Made by a program: the position numbers and the translations under genes. From Lama glama (taxonomy: Eukaryota): DNA of 64,000 nucleotides. How positions within the stretch are numbered: position 1 is the first letter of the stretch; each line of letters opens with the position of its first letter. Where the stretch lies: the NCBI GenBank assembly GCA_028534125.1, contig CM052832.1:6202001-6266000 (forward strand). The letters run 5' to 3'. Of the stretch, positions 10,626 to 23,324 are shown piece after piece. Below the pieces are notes generated by a model. That model was not told where the DNA came from, ran no database searches, and was given only the letters and a program-made list of their open reading frames with translations.

Positions 10626-13600
10626 GCAAGATGGCTCTGATACGCAGCAAAGATGGAGAACAATAATTTAAAAGCAGATGGAGAGCGGCCACATGGTGGC
10701 AACTCCACGTGCTCTGAAAGGCATGGGAGAGTCCGGGTGGTTCACGGCGGAGGAGGAAGAGATCAGGTTTTCCTCGGGAGGTGGTGTTCTGTGAATGAGT
10801 CACAGAGGAAGGGACTTAAGCTCCATCTTGAAGGACAAGGAGAAGTTTACCAAGTCGGACAAAGGAGATGGGGTGGGGTACATTCCATGCTGGGAAATCA
10901 CCCATTGCCAAGGCATGGAGGGATGACCCGTAGGGGACACCCTGGAGCTGCCTAGGGAGGGCCAGGCTGTGTGTTCGTTTGCTAGGCTGCTGAGACACAA
11001 CACCATGCACGGGGTGACTTAGTCATCAGAAACGTATTGTCTCAAAGGCAGTGAGCCCGCCGCGTAGATGAAGGCAGAGGCAGACGTGAGAAGGAGCCCT
11101 GGGTAGTGACCTGTTTTTCTAGCACTCCAGATGTAAGATGCAGGCAATGAAAGAAAGACTTCACAAAGGGATACTTGATACAACTTGGGGACCAACTGAT
11201 ATGCCGGGTGGGAGTGGGAAAGGGGGACGGGTCAGAAGGTAGCTCAGAGGATGACCGGGAGAGGAGACAGCAGAAGTGGAGGGGCCCATCTTCCAGGGGA
11301 AGAGTGAGTTCAGTGTCAAGTTTGCTGGGAATGAGGTGACGGAGGACATCCTAATGGGGACATCAGCAGAGCCCCTGCTGCACCCGAAGCTGGCTGGTCC
11401 AGCCGAAATCAGTCTATTTGTGAGAATGGAGGCATGTGTTGGTTCTTTTTATACATTTTTTTTTTTTTTGCCTCCTTTGGCCCTAAAGCTGGTTCCCTTC
11501 CCTGCTGCCTTCTGTCACCTGATGTTTACTCAGAGAAACAAAAATGGCTAAATGCAAGCAAGCAGTTTGGGCTAGATTGACTTCTCAGTAATTAAACCAA
11601 ACGGTCGCTCTCAGGATGTTACTTACTCCTCCTCAGCCACTGCGGCACCGCAGACGAACTTCTCCCACGGCAATGGGCCCCTTTGCCAACGCGTCCAGGC
11701 TTTTCCCCTGGCGATGGAGATTTTCCTGTTGTGGGGTGAAAGGAAGGCATTGTCAGTTTTATTACGATTCCGAATGGAAATGTTTTGAATCATTTGTTTG
11801 ATGACTCCTCCTCTAGAACTGGGTGGAGTGATGACTAATTGAGGAGAGGACCTTCCAGGGCATGCCAGGTCTCCTCCTAGTCCTGGGAGGACATTTTTTC
11901 TTGAACAGCAAATACATCCCTTGACCAATTCCAGACAGCCAGGGGCTCAGTCATTCCACGTTCCACTGCTTGAATTTTGGTACTTGAGATATAAACATGA
12001 ACTCAGAGGAGAATGGACCCACGTTTTGTGGAGGGAAGTGACCTAATGTGCCTGGGTCATCTTCGAGTTGGTGACCAAAGAAACAAGAGTAGAATTTCAT
12101 GGGCTCAAACTTAATCCAAGATACCCTGCTTTATATGTAAATGTATGCACTCAGAATATTACGGCAGATGTCGGGTGTTCTGGTAAACCCTGGTTGGCGT
12201 GTGGTTTTCCTCTTAACATTTCATAAGTCCTTACTGTATAATGCAAAGAAATGTCTCAGCTGCGGCTAAGAGACTGGAGCTGGGGTAACTGAATCAGGCT
12301 GTTTTAGGGTACAAGTACGTCCAAGGCCCAGAAATAATAGTACATTTTAAAAAACTTGAACTCCATTTCTCCCATTTCTCCTAGACAGTGGCTGGTTTCA
12401 CTCCTCTGTATCAGTCCAGCAAGAACCAAGCTATGAAAGAGATGAGACCTAGTTGTGAACCTAAGGACAACATCCCACATAAATGTTTATATATATATAT
12501 ACATGCATAAACATTTATACATATATACACACATGATACGATGTATGAGGTTGTAGGAGGAGTAAAGGGAAATGTTATTTCTGAATTCTGAGGTTAGAAG
12601 GAAGCTGAGGGACCCGTGGCATCCATCCCCTGTCCTCGGGCAGCAGTATATGTAAATTAAGTAAATCCTGCTAACTGGAGGGATTGCAAGGCCTGGGGGT
12701 TCTCTGACCGCTTCAGAAGAGCATTTCAGGTAACCTTCCATCACCATTTTTTTTCCCTTTATCCATTCTAAGTCTCCTCTCTGACTGGAGCTGCACGTTC
12801 TCCAAAAAGTAACAAATATTCAAAAAAGGGAGAGCCAATCATTCACCACACTTATTTTCTAAGTTAAACAGCACAACTTTCTTACTCTTTTCTTCAAAGC
12901 TTTAAAACTATTTTTAGACATTTGATGAATGATTAGATTATTGCTAATTCCTAGGACTTTCTCATTTTATGACACCTCTCAATTGTGAAGATGCTTTTTG
13001 GTTATGTCCTACGTAACTAAGGGCAGAAACACACATTTGTGTAAAAGCCCTGAGTGACCCTTCACCTACCCAGAGAGCTCTTTTCTGGCCACTTGACCTT
13101 CAGGATTCAGCATCTCGACAACAGCAAGCCAAAATCAGCAAAGGAGGGGAACAGAAAAACTGCAAAGATCAGACAACAGACCAATACAATGCACTGGACT
13201 GGGCCAGTTATAAAGGACCAAACAACTCTATACATCTTCTTGGCTCCTGGGCAGTCAGTGGTTTAAAATATCTGAAAATCAATCTTTGGTCTTCATAATG
13301 ATGACCACAGGTCATTTAGGAAAGATGCTCCAAAGGATATCAGCAGTAGAAACCGCTTCAAGAGTTGGAGAAGTGTGTCTCTTGCTCTAGAATGCTTCCC
13401 AACCAAATTTATTCCAGTCAAGTTAGTCCTGGCACGAAAAGAGGCCAGTTAACTAGAGATTTTACTGGTGTCTACTGTCAGAAAAATGGAAGCTGAGAGA
13501 TTTTTGTCTTAGCAACTCAAAAAAAAAACAAGGAAAGTAGGGAACAAAGAGGAGGGATGAGTCCCTTTAGGGAATTAGGAACCACCTGAATCCTGAGGAC

Positions 13601-14369
13601 CAGGTAGGATTGGTTGGGGGTAGGAAAGATGTGCCTGAGTATGGGTTTTTATGTTGCATAGAAACTTATTTCGAGTACTCAGTTTGGAAATGTATAGCAC
13701 CCTCTGCATCAAAAGTAGCACCACGAGTTGTGTGCTCTGAATGCATGTGACAGCGTGGAGTAGGGGGGAATTAAAATTGGGCTTTCGACTCAAAAGTACC
13801 TCCCTGTGGCCTTGATTGAAGTCTACAGTAGCTTCCTGGCTTTCAGCATAAGCCACCCTGTCTGGTACCACATACATCAGGCTTCGAAGGACGGAAAACG
13901 CCAGAAAATCACTAGTTTGAATTTATACCTACATTCGGCAACTTCCTCCGCTTTAATGATGAATTCATCTTTATCAGGATCACTTTCTGTTTGTTTGAAT
14001 CTTAATCAAACACGGAGCTTAGGTCATACCCTCCTCCAGATCACAAACTGGAACGAATCTAAACCCTGCAAATTTCCATAGAAGTTCTTAATCAATTATT
14101 AATACAATGTTCACTTAACAAATATGTATTCAGTGCCACCTCTGTGCCGGGCAATGCTCTAGACATGAATAAAAAAACCAAAAAGGACCGAAATTCCTAC
14201 CCGGACAGAGATTACCGTTACGGAGGATACATACATAGTTTCTGTATGTGCTGTACTTTTTTATCACCAAAATGGAATCGAAGAGGGTGAAATGGGAAGC
14301 CAAAAACAAAAAACACTGATGAGGAAAGAGAGCCCAGGTGCAGTAGCTGCCTGAGCAGCGAGCTCCTCC

Positions 14370-14550
14370 CAGATCCGGCTGTGCCGCAGAATTAGCAGGG
14401 GAGCACTTAGAAGTGTGGGCTCACCGAAGATGCCTGTGAACGAGTCCGCTAGCTTGGAGATCCAAGAATCTGCATTTTCCAAAAGCTCCCTGAGCGATTC
14501 TGATGTGGCCGGCCCAGAATGGTTCCCCAACTTTTGTTTGGAAATCACTG
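14370..14550. mobile_element. MER5-like hAT-Charlie relic
   Basis: 'ccaagaatctgcattttccaaaagctccctgagcgattctgatg...tttggaaatcactg'. Confidence 0.6.
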
Positions 14551-17500
14551 AGCTACATGTTCTCTTGATGTTTGTATCTGTCGGCGTTCCAGCAGGGAAC
14601 AAAAGGCACATTCAGTGGGAGAAATGCAGGAGAGTTTACAAAGGGATCATGTACGAATGTGTGGTCAGACTGTTGGGAAATCCCTAAAGGATGGCTGGTA
14701 ACGGGGTGGGGGTGGGGCAGCTGTTACCATCCCTAAACCTGAAGGAGAGAGAGGGGTGGCGCCCCCTGAAACTGGAAGCAGAGAGGGCTGGGCGGACAGG
14801 ACCTCTTGACAGGAGCTGTGACCTTCAGTGGAGAGAAGAAGCCAACTGGTTTGAGCCAAATCCAAGTGGAATCTAGAAGGCGCGGAAGTCCACTGATACA
14901 GACCACCCAGGCCAGCCTCCGAGGGCACGAGGAGGGATGGAGAAAAGGGAGGAGGGAGTAACTGAAGGGGAAGATGAAGATATTCAACCCAAGGCCTTTT
15001 GCAGCTGTGGAAACATGTGCAAACACAATGGTACCCAAGTCAGCCTAAAGCTACACTCCTCACATTTCATGGCAAAATTGTTCTTACGAGCGGTCCAACT
15101 CTTAGTCCCTGATTAACTCTTCTTGGTACCCCCAGAGACAATAAAATGCTAGGTTTTTGTTCATGCTTTTGTTTTGTTTTTTGATAGCAGGTAATATTTA
15201 TCAAATAATCATTTTAGTCTATGTACTGTGATAGTTCTTGTTAAATTATAGAACAGCACTTCAAAGTAGGACTTATTATTTTACTGAAAAGAAAATTAAT
15301 GCACAGAGAAGTTAAGACATTGATCAGGGGTCACTCAGCATAGAAGCATAAAGCTGTGATTTGAGGTGGGATCTATCTTATATCCATGCCCGTGCTGTTG
15401 ACCTTTATGCCGTTTTGTTAAGCTTCTCCAGGAAAATGTGAAGCCCAGTTACTCCCAGTAACTCTCAAGGCTATGCTCTGGGCAATTTTGTCAAGAACAA
15501 GAAACTGCAATTCCTTGAATTTTTTTTTAATACAGTTGTGTATTCATTTGTTTACTTATCAAATATTTGTGTTTGTTGCATAGTACACATCTTCCCGTTC
15601 ATCCTCAGGAAGCAACTTGGGCCTTGCAGGTTGACTATCATTTTACACAGTCCTGGTTCAGGGCTTAAGCACTAAGTTGCTACATTTTCTCTATGCTCTG
15701 CTGGTGCTTGTGTGTTCAGAACAGAGCTGGGATGACCAGCTATTCCGACGTGTCCTGGGTTGAGGGGTTTCCAGGATGTGAAACGTCCAGTGTTAAAATT
15801 GGGACAGGGCCAGCCATACCAGACTGGTTGGTAAAGGCCAGGTTTTTTTGTTTTGTTAAGATTGCTTCAGTTTGGTAATGAGAGCCTCAATAAATTTTAA
15901 AAACAGATTTAAGAAATTTTAAGCCTAATTTTCTTCATATCTTCCCTCTGGTGAGGCCTTGGTTGGATCTACCCGGGCAGTATCCTAAGGCTAGGCTTTG
16001 GCCCTTGCTGAGGACCGATAAGCTGAGGCACAGAGGCTACATGACAGGACAGGGAATTCAAAGGCGGTTCAGCCCAGACACGTCATCTTGGCGGCCGAAG
16101 ATGACAAGTGATGAAGTATGTGGGTTGTTCTCAATGTAGCCCGGATCCCCATCCCTCGCAGTTTTGGTCCCAGACACGTGGTCCTTGGCTCCAAACGCAC
16201 AGAGGTTATTGCATGATGCTGCCACTGTTTGTCTGCCTTGGCAGACAGAGACATCACTGAGGACAAGGGCTCGGCCATCTCAGGCCCTAGAACTGGGCCT
16301 TGTTCCATAGCAGTGGCTCAGTGACCCGTTGAGGGAGCATCTGGGATCCAAGCGAAGTGTATTTACTCAAGATTTGTTCCTGAACTTCCTCTCCTCATCA
16401 CGAAACTTGGCTTTGGCATACTCCTTGAAGCATATAAGGCACTTGAGTTGGGGATAGGGGGACAGGGTGCCTCACACCATCAGAGAATGTCCTGCTAAGT
16501 AAGTTTCCAACCTCATTCCCTAAAGACTGGTCTGTCCTGGGGACTCTGCCCACTCCCCAACTCCACAGGAGCCAGGGGACAAAAATGAAGGCAGCCCCAG
16601 GGCCTCTAGGTTAGCTGACTTTCTGATTCTCACACGGCCTTCATTCTGCCTTGTTGTTTGCGGAACGCCAGACAAATGAAAAAAGTTTATTTTTTTAAGG
16701 GGGTTTAAAGGTTGGGTTTGAGTAAGTGATGGCAGCGTCTGCAGGAAAACTTAGGAATCCACTATGCTGTCTGGTATTATTACAGGTAGAGAGAAGGGCT
16801 GGGGAGAAGGAACTCACACATACATACAGCACTTGTCCTGTGCCAGGCACAGCTTCTGTGTCCAAATGACTTTATTCCATGCCAGAATATTCCAAAGTGA
16901 TTGTTTCCATGTACAGGTCAGGCTGAGATTGGTAAATTGGTTGTACAACTTACCCAAGGTCCTACAGCTGGTAAGAGGCAGAGGTGGGGCCTGAAAGCAG
17001 GTCTCCTAAACTCTAAAACCTCCATCCTCTGCAAACACTAGTCCCGAAGAAGCACGGCTGCCTCTTGGTGGCCCTAAAAATCTCCAGACGGGCTCCGGGG
17101 CCACCAGGTTTCTTCCAATCTCTAATGTTACCCAGATACTAAAGGTGACCAGGAAATGCTGGGTTATTTCCAGAAAAAGCCGACTAGATGCCTGGGGAGG
17201 TGAGGGGCCCTCCCTGAAAGGAAGACACGGAGATTAGAAAAACCATGGCTTGAGGACCTCCTTATGTTATCTGGGGGAAGACACCCCATTTGCAAGTGCT
17301 AATAAAGCCTCTCTTTCAATGTCACCTGCATCCATTATTCAGAGAATTAACACGTCTGGCTCTCCCTTCCCTGTAGGGTGAACAGCTGGCCTTCTGCAGG
17401 GCCCGTCCCCATGTGTGGCTTTTCGTCTTTTGAATATCAGTGCCCTCTGGAGGTCGAAGTCAGACAAGCAAAGGCGAGAGAGAGGACACACAGTTTTCTG

Positions 17501-18489
17501 CCTCTGCTTCTTACTGGAGTCCCTGCCTCCAAGTGTATTAGAACAAGGGCTCTGGAGGACTTTGGAGGGACCTTTTTCCTAGTGCGATGCCAAGCATGAA
17601 ATATCATGGAACCACTGGGCTGCTGATGAGGAAGTCAGGTGCTTCCTCGAATCCAGGTCCAAGCCTCTGGTTGGTTCCCCATGGTGGACCTTCCTGCGTG
17701 TTCTCTCCTGTCTCAAGGCAATGGGGCCCTAGCAGCAACCCTTCACCCGCGGGGGAGGGGTTCCCAATGAAAAAGCAGCGTCGCTACACACAGTGTGTAC
17801 ACACGGAGGGTCACTGTGTCTTTTTGTTTGTTTGTTTGTTAAGATACAAGAAAGCCCAGAGAGCAGATGTCGATTCACTCTGTGGCTGGAGTAACAATCC
17901 TGGTGACTACACCTGTGCCTTTTTCCTGCGGCCGAGCCTTGGCTTGGTGACTGAAGCATATGAGGTTCCCACGTGCGTCCTCTTGGCCCAGATTGTTACT
18001 GAGCTCACTGGTTCAACTTGCAACCACTTGCGCCTGTGTCCATTGCTTACTGGCTTACTCTGGGGGCAGGAAAGCACTCCGGCCGCATGCAAAGCAAGCC
18101 AGAAGTGCCAGGAAATTGCTGTCACCTTCCCAGGAGACTTTAGCAGATAACTGTAGGAAATTCAGTATCTTATCTGCAGAACATTAGGAGAATGCGAGAC
18201 CTAGTACATCTGTAAGATCGTGCTCAGAGGCGACGTTTAGAAGGCTGTTCCTTCAGAATGCCCGCAAGTATCTTAAAGGCAAAGACTGGGCCAGTATTAG
18301 GATTCCAAAATCCAATGCCAATTTCAGTCAATAATCCGCTACAAATCACTGGTGCGGTGCTGAGCAAGATGGTATGGCATTCATTGGACTCTGTGCCCAG
18401 TCTGAAGAGATTCCAGCCTGGTAGGTTTAGCAGACTGGGGCCTCTTCCATTCAATCCTGGTACCTTGGAATAGATTCTGTATAGCTGGG

Positions 18490-18892
18490 CCAGGAATTCA
18501 GGATTGGCTTCCTTGGGTGGTGGCTCAGGGTCTGTCATGAGATGTTAGTCGGATGTTGGCTAGGGCTGCAGTCATGGGAAGGCATGACTGAGGCTGAAGA
18601 TCCACTTCCAAGGTTGCTTCCTTGCGTGTCTGGCTAGACGGGTGGTGCCCCGATGACCCCGCTACCCCTCAGGTGAGCCTCTCTGCAGAGCTGCTTGAGC
18701 ATCCTTACGGCACGGTGGCTCACTATGCCGGAGCGAGCAATCCAAGGGGCCGAGGTCAAGCTGTAATGCTTCTGATCCAGCCTCTGAAGTCATGTACTGC
18801 CATTTCTGCTTTATTTAGTTGTTCACACAAATCAGTCCTATTCAGTGTGGAGAGGGCCCCGCTAGTAGGAGGTAATCATCTTGGAGGCTGGT
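18490..18892. mobile_element. MaLR (MLT1F/G-like) LTR relic
   Basis: 'ggctcagggtctgtcatgag...ggctgcagtcat...ggctgaagatccacttccaag...ctgcttgagcatcctt...catcttggaggctgg'. Confidence 0.7.
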
Positions 18893-19193
18893 CCCTGTGG
18901 GCTTCTAGGGACAAGTTCATTTCACATAAGGTTTTATGGGAGAAACGCATGGAATGACAACAGATTCAAATTATACCAGAAAGTGCCTGCTGACGGGACA
19001 AGCAGAAACATTAAAAATGTCTTTCCTATTTTGTAATTTCCCATAATGCGATCTATGACAACGGGTAACGGTCTATAACCTTTCTGTCAAACATCCCACA
19101 ACCCACAGTAGAGCTCTGCCCTGATATCAAGGTGGAAACCCCGTTAAAACGTGTAAACCGAGTCACACTGAAGCAAGACAGAGTTTTGCTTTT

Positions 19194-19437
19194 TAAAATC
19201 AAATTAAATTAAAAATTTTTTAATGGCAGTATAATTGACTTACAATGTTGTATTGGCTTCTGGTGCACAGCATCATGATGCAGTTATATATATATATATG
19301 TTCTTTATCATACTGTTTCCCATTATAGGTTATTATAAGATGTTGAATATAGTTCCCTGTGTTACACAGTGGGACCTTGTTGTTTATCTATTTTATGTAC
19401 AGTAGTGTGTACCTGCGGATCCCAAACTCTTAATTTG
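19194..19437 (-). mobile_element. 5'-truncated L1 with perfect 14-bp TSD
   Basis: Antisense L1 3'UTR; AGAGTTTTGCTTTT at 19180-19193 and 19438-19451. Confidence 0.92.
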
Positions 19438-20626
19438 AGAGTTTTGCTTTTGATGTGGAAGAGTCAGCTCTCAGATGACTGGTTTTCCTCTAAAACCTTA
19501 AAAATCCATGAATTCTCAGAGATGTAAATTGGAACCTTGAGCCCCAGAGTCAGGCCGGGGCATGGAGTGGGTACCGCTACTTGCAGGCGTTTTCTGGGCC
19601 AGGCTCTGGCTGCACAGTGGGGCCCTTTGTTGTGCTCCGGGCAAGGAGGGGTCCACTGGCCCGACTGCCTCAGGGCTCGCTTTCCGAGTGGGAAGTTTCT
19701 ACCACCTGGTGGACACATGTCTCCAAAACAAACAGGTCTCATGCTTCCCTGTGTGAGCCATTGTGCTGCGCCCAGAGCAGGCAACAGAGATGAACCACGG
19801 ATGTATCCTCAGTGGTGGCAAATACCTGTGCTCCTCAGAAGTTTTTACGCTAACTAAGTCCCTGCTACCAGAGGTCAAGTCCCTGCTGCAGGAATGAGGG
19901 GAAAAGAACTCCAAAATCTGAGGAGGCAGCACTGAAAGAAACCAGGGAACAGGAAATGGCAGTAATTGGCATGTTGAGCTTAATTTCTCGGCCATCGACG
20001 TAGCCTGGGAACATTGCTCTTATCTTATGGGAAGTGGTCTTTTTAGCCATTGAAAAATAAAATAAAATAACAGCTACGGCATGTTCAAAAATAACAATGC
20101 TATGGTATGTTTGTTTCATGATGGAATATGTTAAAACACATTCTTTTGGCTTTTTCACAATAACTTCTGGGGTTGGTATGACTTGCCTCAGGCCACTCGA
20201 ACTAAAATGACAAACCCTCCCTCTTTCCCCATCCTGCTTTGGTTATTTTTTCCATAGAGCTTATTGCTGTCTGGCATTATATCCCACGTCCACATATTTG
20301 TTTATTTTCTTATTACCTAGCTCCCCGTCTAAAAGGTAAGGCCCACGAGGGCAGGGACTGGGTTTGTTTTGCTCTTTGCCACATTCCCAGAGCCTTGTAA
20401 ATGTTCCCTGTAGAACGGCTGACAGTAACTTTTGCACTGAGTCAGCTAGGAGAGCTTAAAGAACTTGACACAGGCCTTCTGAGTCTAAATTTGAAGCCCT
20501 TTCCATCGTATTGTCCTGCCTCTCTGTTTTCTGTATCAAGTGCCAAAAGCCCAAGTCTAAGGAAACTGAAGCCAACAGGGTTGTGAAGCTGGATGATGGA
20601 AGAGCTGACACCAAAACCCAGGGTTT

Positions 20627-21330
20627 TGCAGCCACAGTGGAAAACAGTATGGAGATTCTTCAAAAGACTGAAAAGAGACTTACCATGTGATCCAGCAATC
20701 CCACTCCTGGGCACATATCTGGAGGAAACTCTAATTCAAAAAGACACATGCACCCCAATGTTCACAGCAGCACTATTTACAATAACCAAGACATGAAGCA
20801 ACCTAAATGTCCATCAGCAGGTGACTGGATGTGGCATATCTATACAATGGGATACTACTCAGCCATAAAAAATAATAGAATAATGCCATTTGCTGCAACA
20901 TGGATGGACCTGGAGATCATCATACTAAATAAAGTAAGCCAGAAAGAGAAAAAAAAAATACCATATAACACCACTTATATGTGGAATCTAAAAAAAAAAA
21001 AGACAAACAAACTTATTTACAAAACAGAAAGAGACTCACAGACATAGAAAACAAACTTATGGTTACCAGGAGGGGAAGGAGGTGGGAAGGGATAAATTGG
21101 GAGTTCGAGATTTACAGATACTAACTACTGTATATAAAACAGATAAACAGCAAGTTAGTACTGCATAGCACGGGGAACTATATTCAATATCTTGTAGTAA
21201 CTTATAGTTAAAAAGAACATGAAAACGAATATATGCATATTCCTGTATGATTGAAGTATTGTGCTGTACACCAGAAATTGACACAACATTGTAAACTGAC
21301 TATACTTCAGTAATAATATATTAAAAAAAA
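20627..21330 (+). mobile_element. 5'-truncated L1 (ORF2 C-terminus + 3'UTR + polyA)
   Basis: Reads [28 protein letters not shown] and [15 protein letters not shown] (L1 ORF2 C-terminus); TSD AAAACCCAGGG at 20613-20623 and 21331-21341. Confidence 0.97.
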
Positions 21331-23008
21331 AAAACCCAGGGCTTCTGGAATTTAGTTCCTCAGCGTTGTTCTGGCTGCCATGGGCAAGCTAAGCATTCTG
21401 TCCCAGGATATGAAGTTAAGACTTAGGTTGAAAACCAACCTCTTGCTTTTTCTGTGATGACTGATTAGCCTTTTGGTTCATGGGTCTGGAAATGCGCTTT
21501 GGGTGTAACTCACCTCTATTATCAAAATGGTCTATAAGGAAACAGCTTGAACACAGTTACGCATGGCTCCTCAGATGTCCGTATTAAGTTTCTGCGTGGG
21601 AAGAACTTATGTCCAAAGCTCTGAGCAAAACATCTGAATGAGCACTGGGGTTTATAAAGCCCCATGGAAATTCCGAAGAGGGCATGTGTGCCTTGATGAT
21701 GTATTTTCAGGGTCACCGGATAATTTCTTAACCATCTTCAGCTTGACCTAGGTTTTCTTCTTTGCCTCTCTGCCTTTGTCCCTCCTGAGAGCTGAAAGTA
21801 GCAGACAGGACTGAACATGCCCAGTCAACCACACGGAAGCTTTGGTTGCCAAGCCGGGGAAGCTGCAGCCACCACTCCCTCATGGCCGTGCGCTTGGAGA
21901 GCCAAGAACAACCAAAATACATCAAGCTGGGAGCCGACCCTCGCAAGCCAGCAGCTTGGTCCAGCTTGTGCCACTGCAACAGCTTGTTGGAGGAGTCCGG
22001 TTCTCCTAAGAAACACATGTTTATACCCGAATGACTCAGTTCAGCGTGTACCTACTGAAAACAGAATTGGAGCTCATGAAGACTTGGCCCTCATTTGGTG
22101 GATTTGTTATCCGGGACCCACCTTGCCCATCGCTGCTGTAGTGAACTGCCTTTCCAAGTCCTCCCTCTGCATTGCATCTCAAGGGTAGACAAAAGCAGCA
22201 CTGCTTGATAAACAGCTTGAGAGCTACAACAATTAGGCAGGAAATGATGTTTTTGTTTTTTTCTTTTTGTCCCTGAATACACCGCAGCAAGTGGTTGCAC
22301 TGTGTAGATTCTCCCAACAACTTGCCATATTTCCGTGTTATTCTTTTTCCTTTGAATAAATAACATAAAGAGAAAAGAATCAATGGAAAGATCATGAGTC
22401 TTGGGAAGTGGGTTCAAATCTCAGATCTGCTACTTATTGGCTAAAAGCCCTTGAGGGAGTGGGCTAACTTCTCCAAATCTCCCTTTTTGTTTTGTTTTCC
22501 ATTGTTAAGTCAGGTTCAGTCACAACTATCTTGCCGGGTTGCTGTTAATCCTTGGAGAATGTGAATACGGAAACTGACAGTGCCCAGCGGATAGAGGGGG
22601 TCTTCATACATGGTGGAGAATATTACTACTGTCGTTTGTTAAGTACCTACTGTGTGGGTCAGGATTAGGGCAGCCACAGTCGAATCCAAAGGCACTGCTG
22701 AGGAAGCTGGGCGATCTTTGTCACTGCCAAGTTCTGTGTTCCTTGGGCAAACTGACTGGGCCTTAGGTTTTACATCTTAAAAAATAGGGAGCAATGCCAT
22801 TCTCCTCACTTAAAAACCAATAAATTAGTGCTTTAAAGAGCAGGCTGTACCAGACACCGGACTGGGTTTTCTTTAAAATGTACCTTCATTTCTCATAACC
22901 CCAGATTGTTGCTCAGATTGTCCATAGAAGGAAATGGAACCCCAGAGAGGTTAAGTAATTTGGCCAAAATCCTGACACTCGTGAGTGGCCGGGTTGGCAT
23001 TTTGAGCC

Positions 23009-23324
23009 TTTTTTTTTTTGAAGTAGAGTTGATTTACAGTGTTGTGTTAGTTTCAGGTGTAAAGCAAAGTGATTCAGTTACATAGCCATATATATATATA
23101 TATATATGGATATGGATTATAGGTTATTACAAGATAATGGAATATAGTTCCCTGTGCTACACAGTTGGTCCTTGTTTATCTATTTTATGTATAGTAGTGC
23201 AACTTGTAATTTATCCCTCCCCACTCCTTTCCCCTTTGGTGACCATAAGTTTATTTTCTATATCTGTGAGTCTGTTTCTGTTTTGTAAATAATTTCACTT
23301 ATATCATTTTTTTTTAGATTCCAC
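23009..23324 (-). mobile_element. L1 3'UTR inserted at the end of a MIR
   Basis: Poly-T then antisense L1 3'UTR; flanks TTGAGCCT / TTGAACCT; MIR core 'cccagagaggttaagtaatttggccaa' just upstream. Confidence 0.88.

Noticed and set aside
20593..21047. ORFs with reverse-transcriptase-element peptides (also 39735-39917)
   Set aside because: Frameshifted, 5'-truncated L1 ORF2 remnants, not genes.
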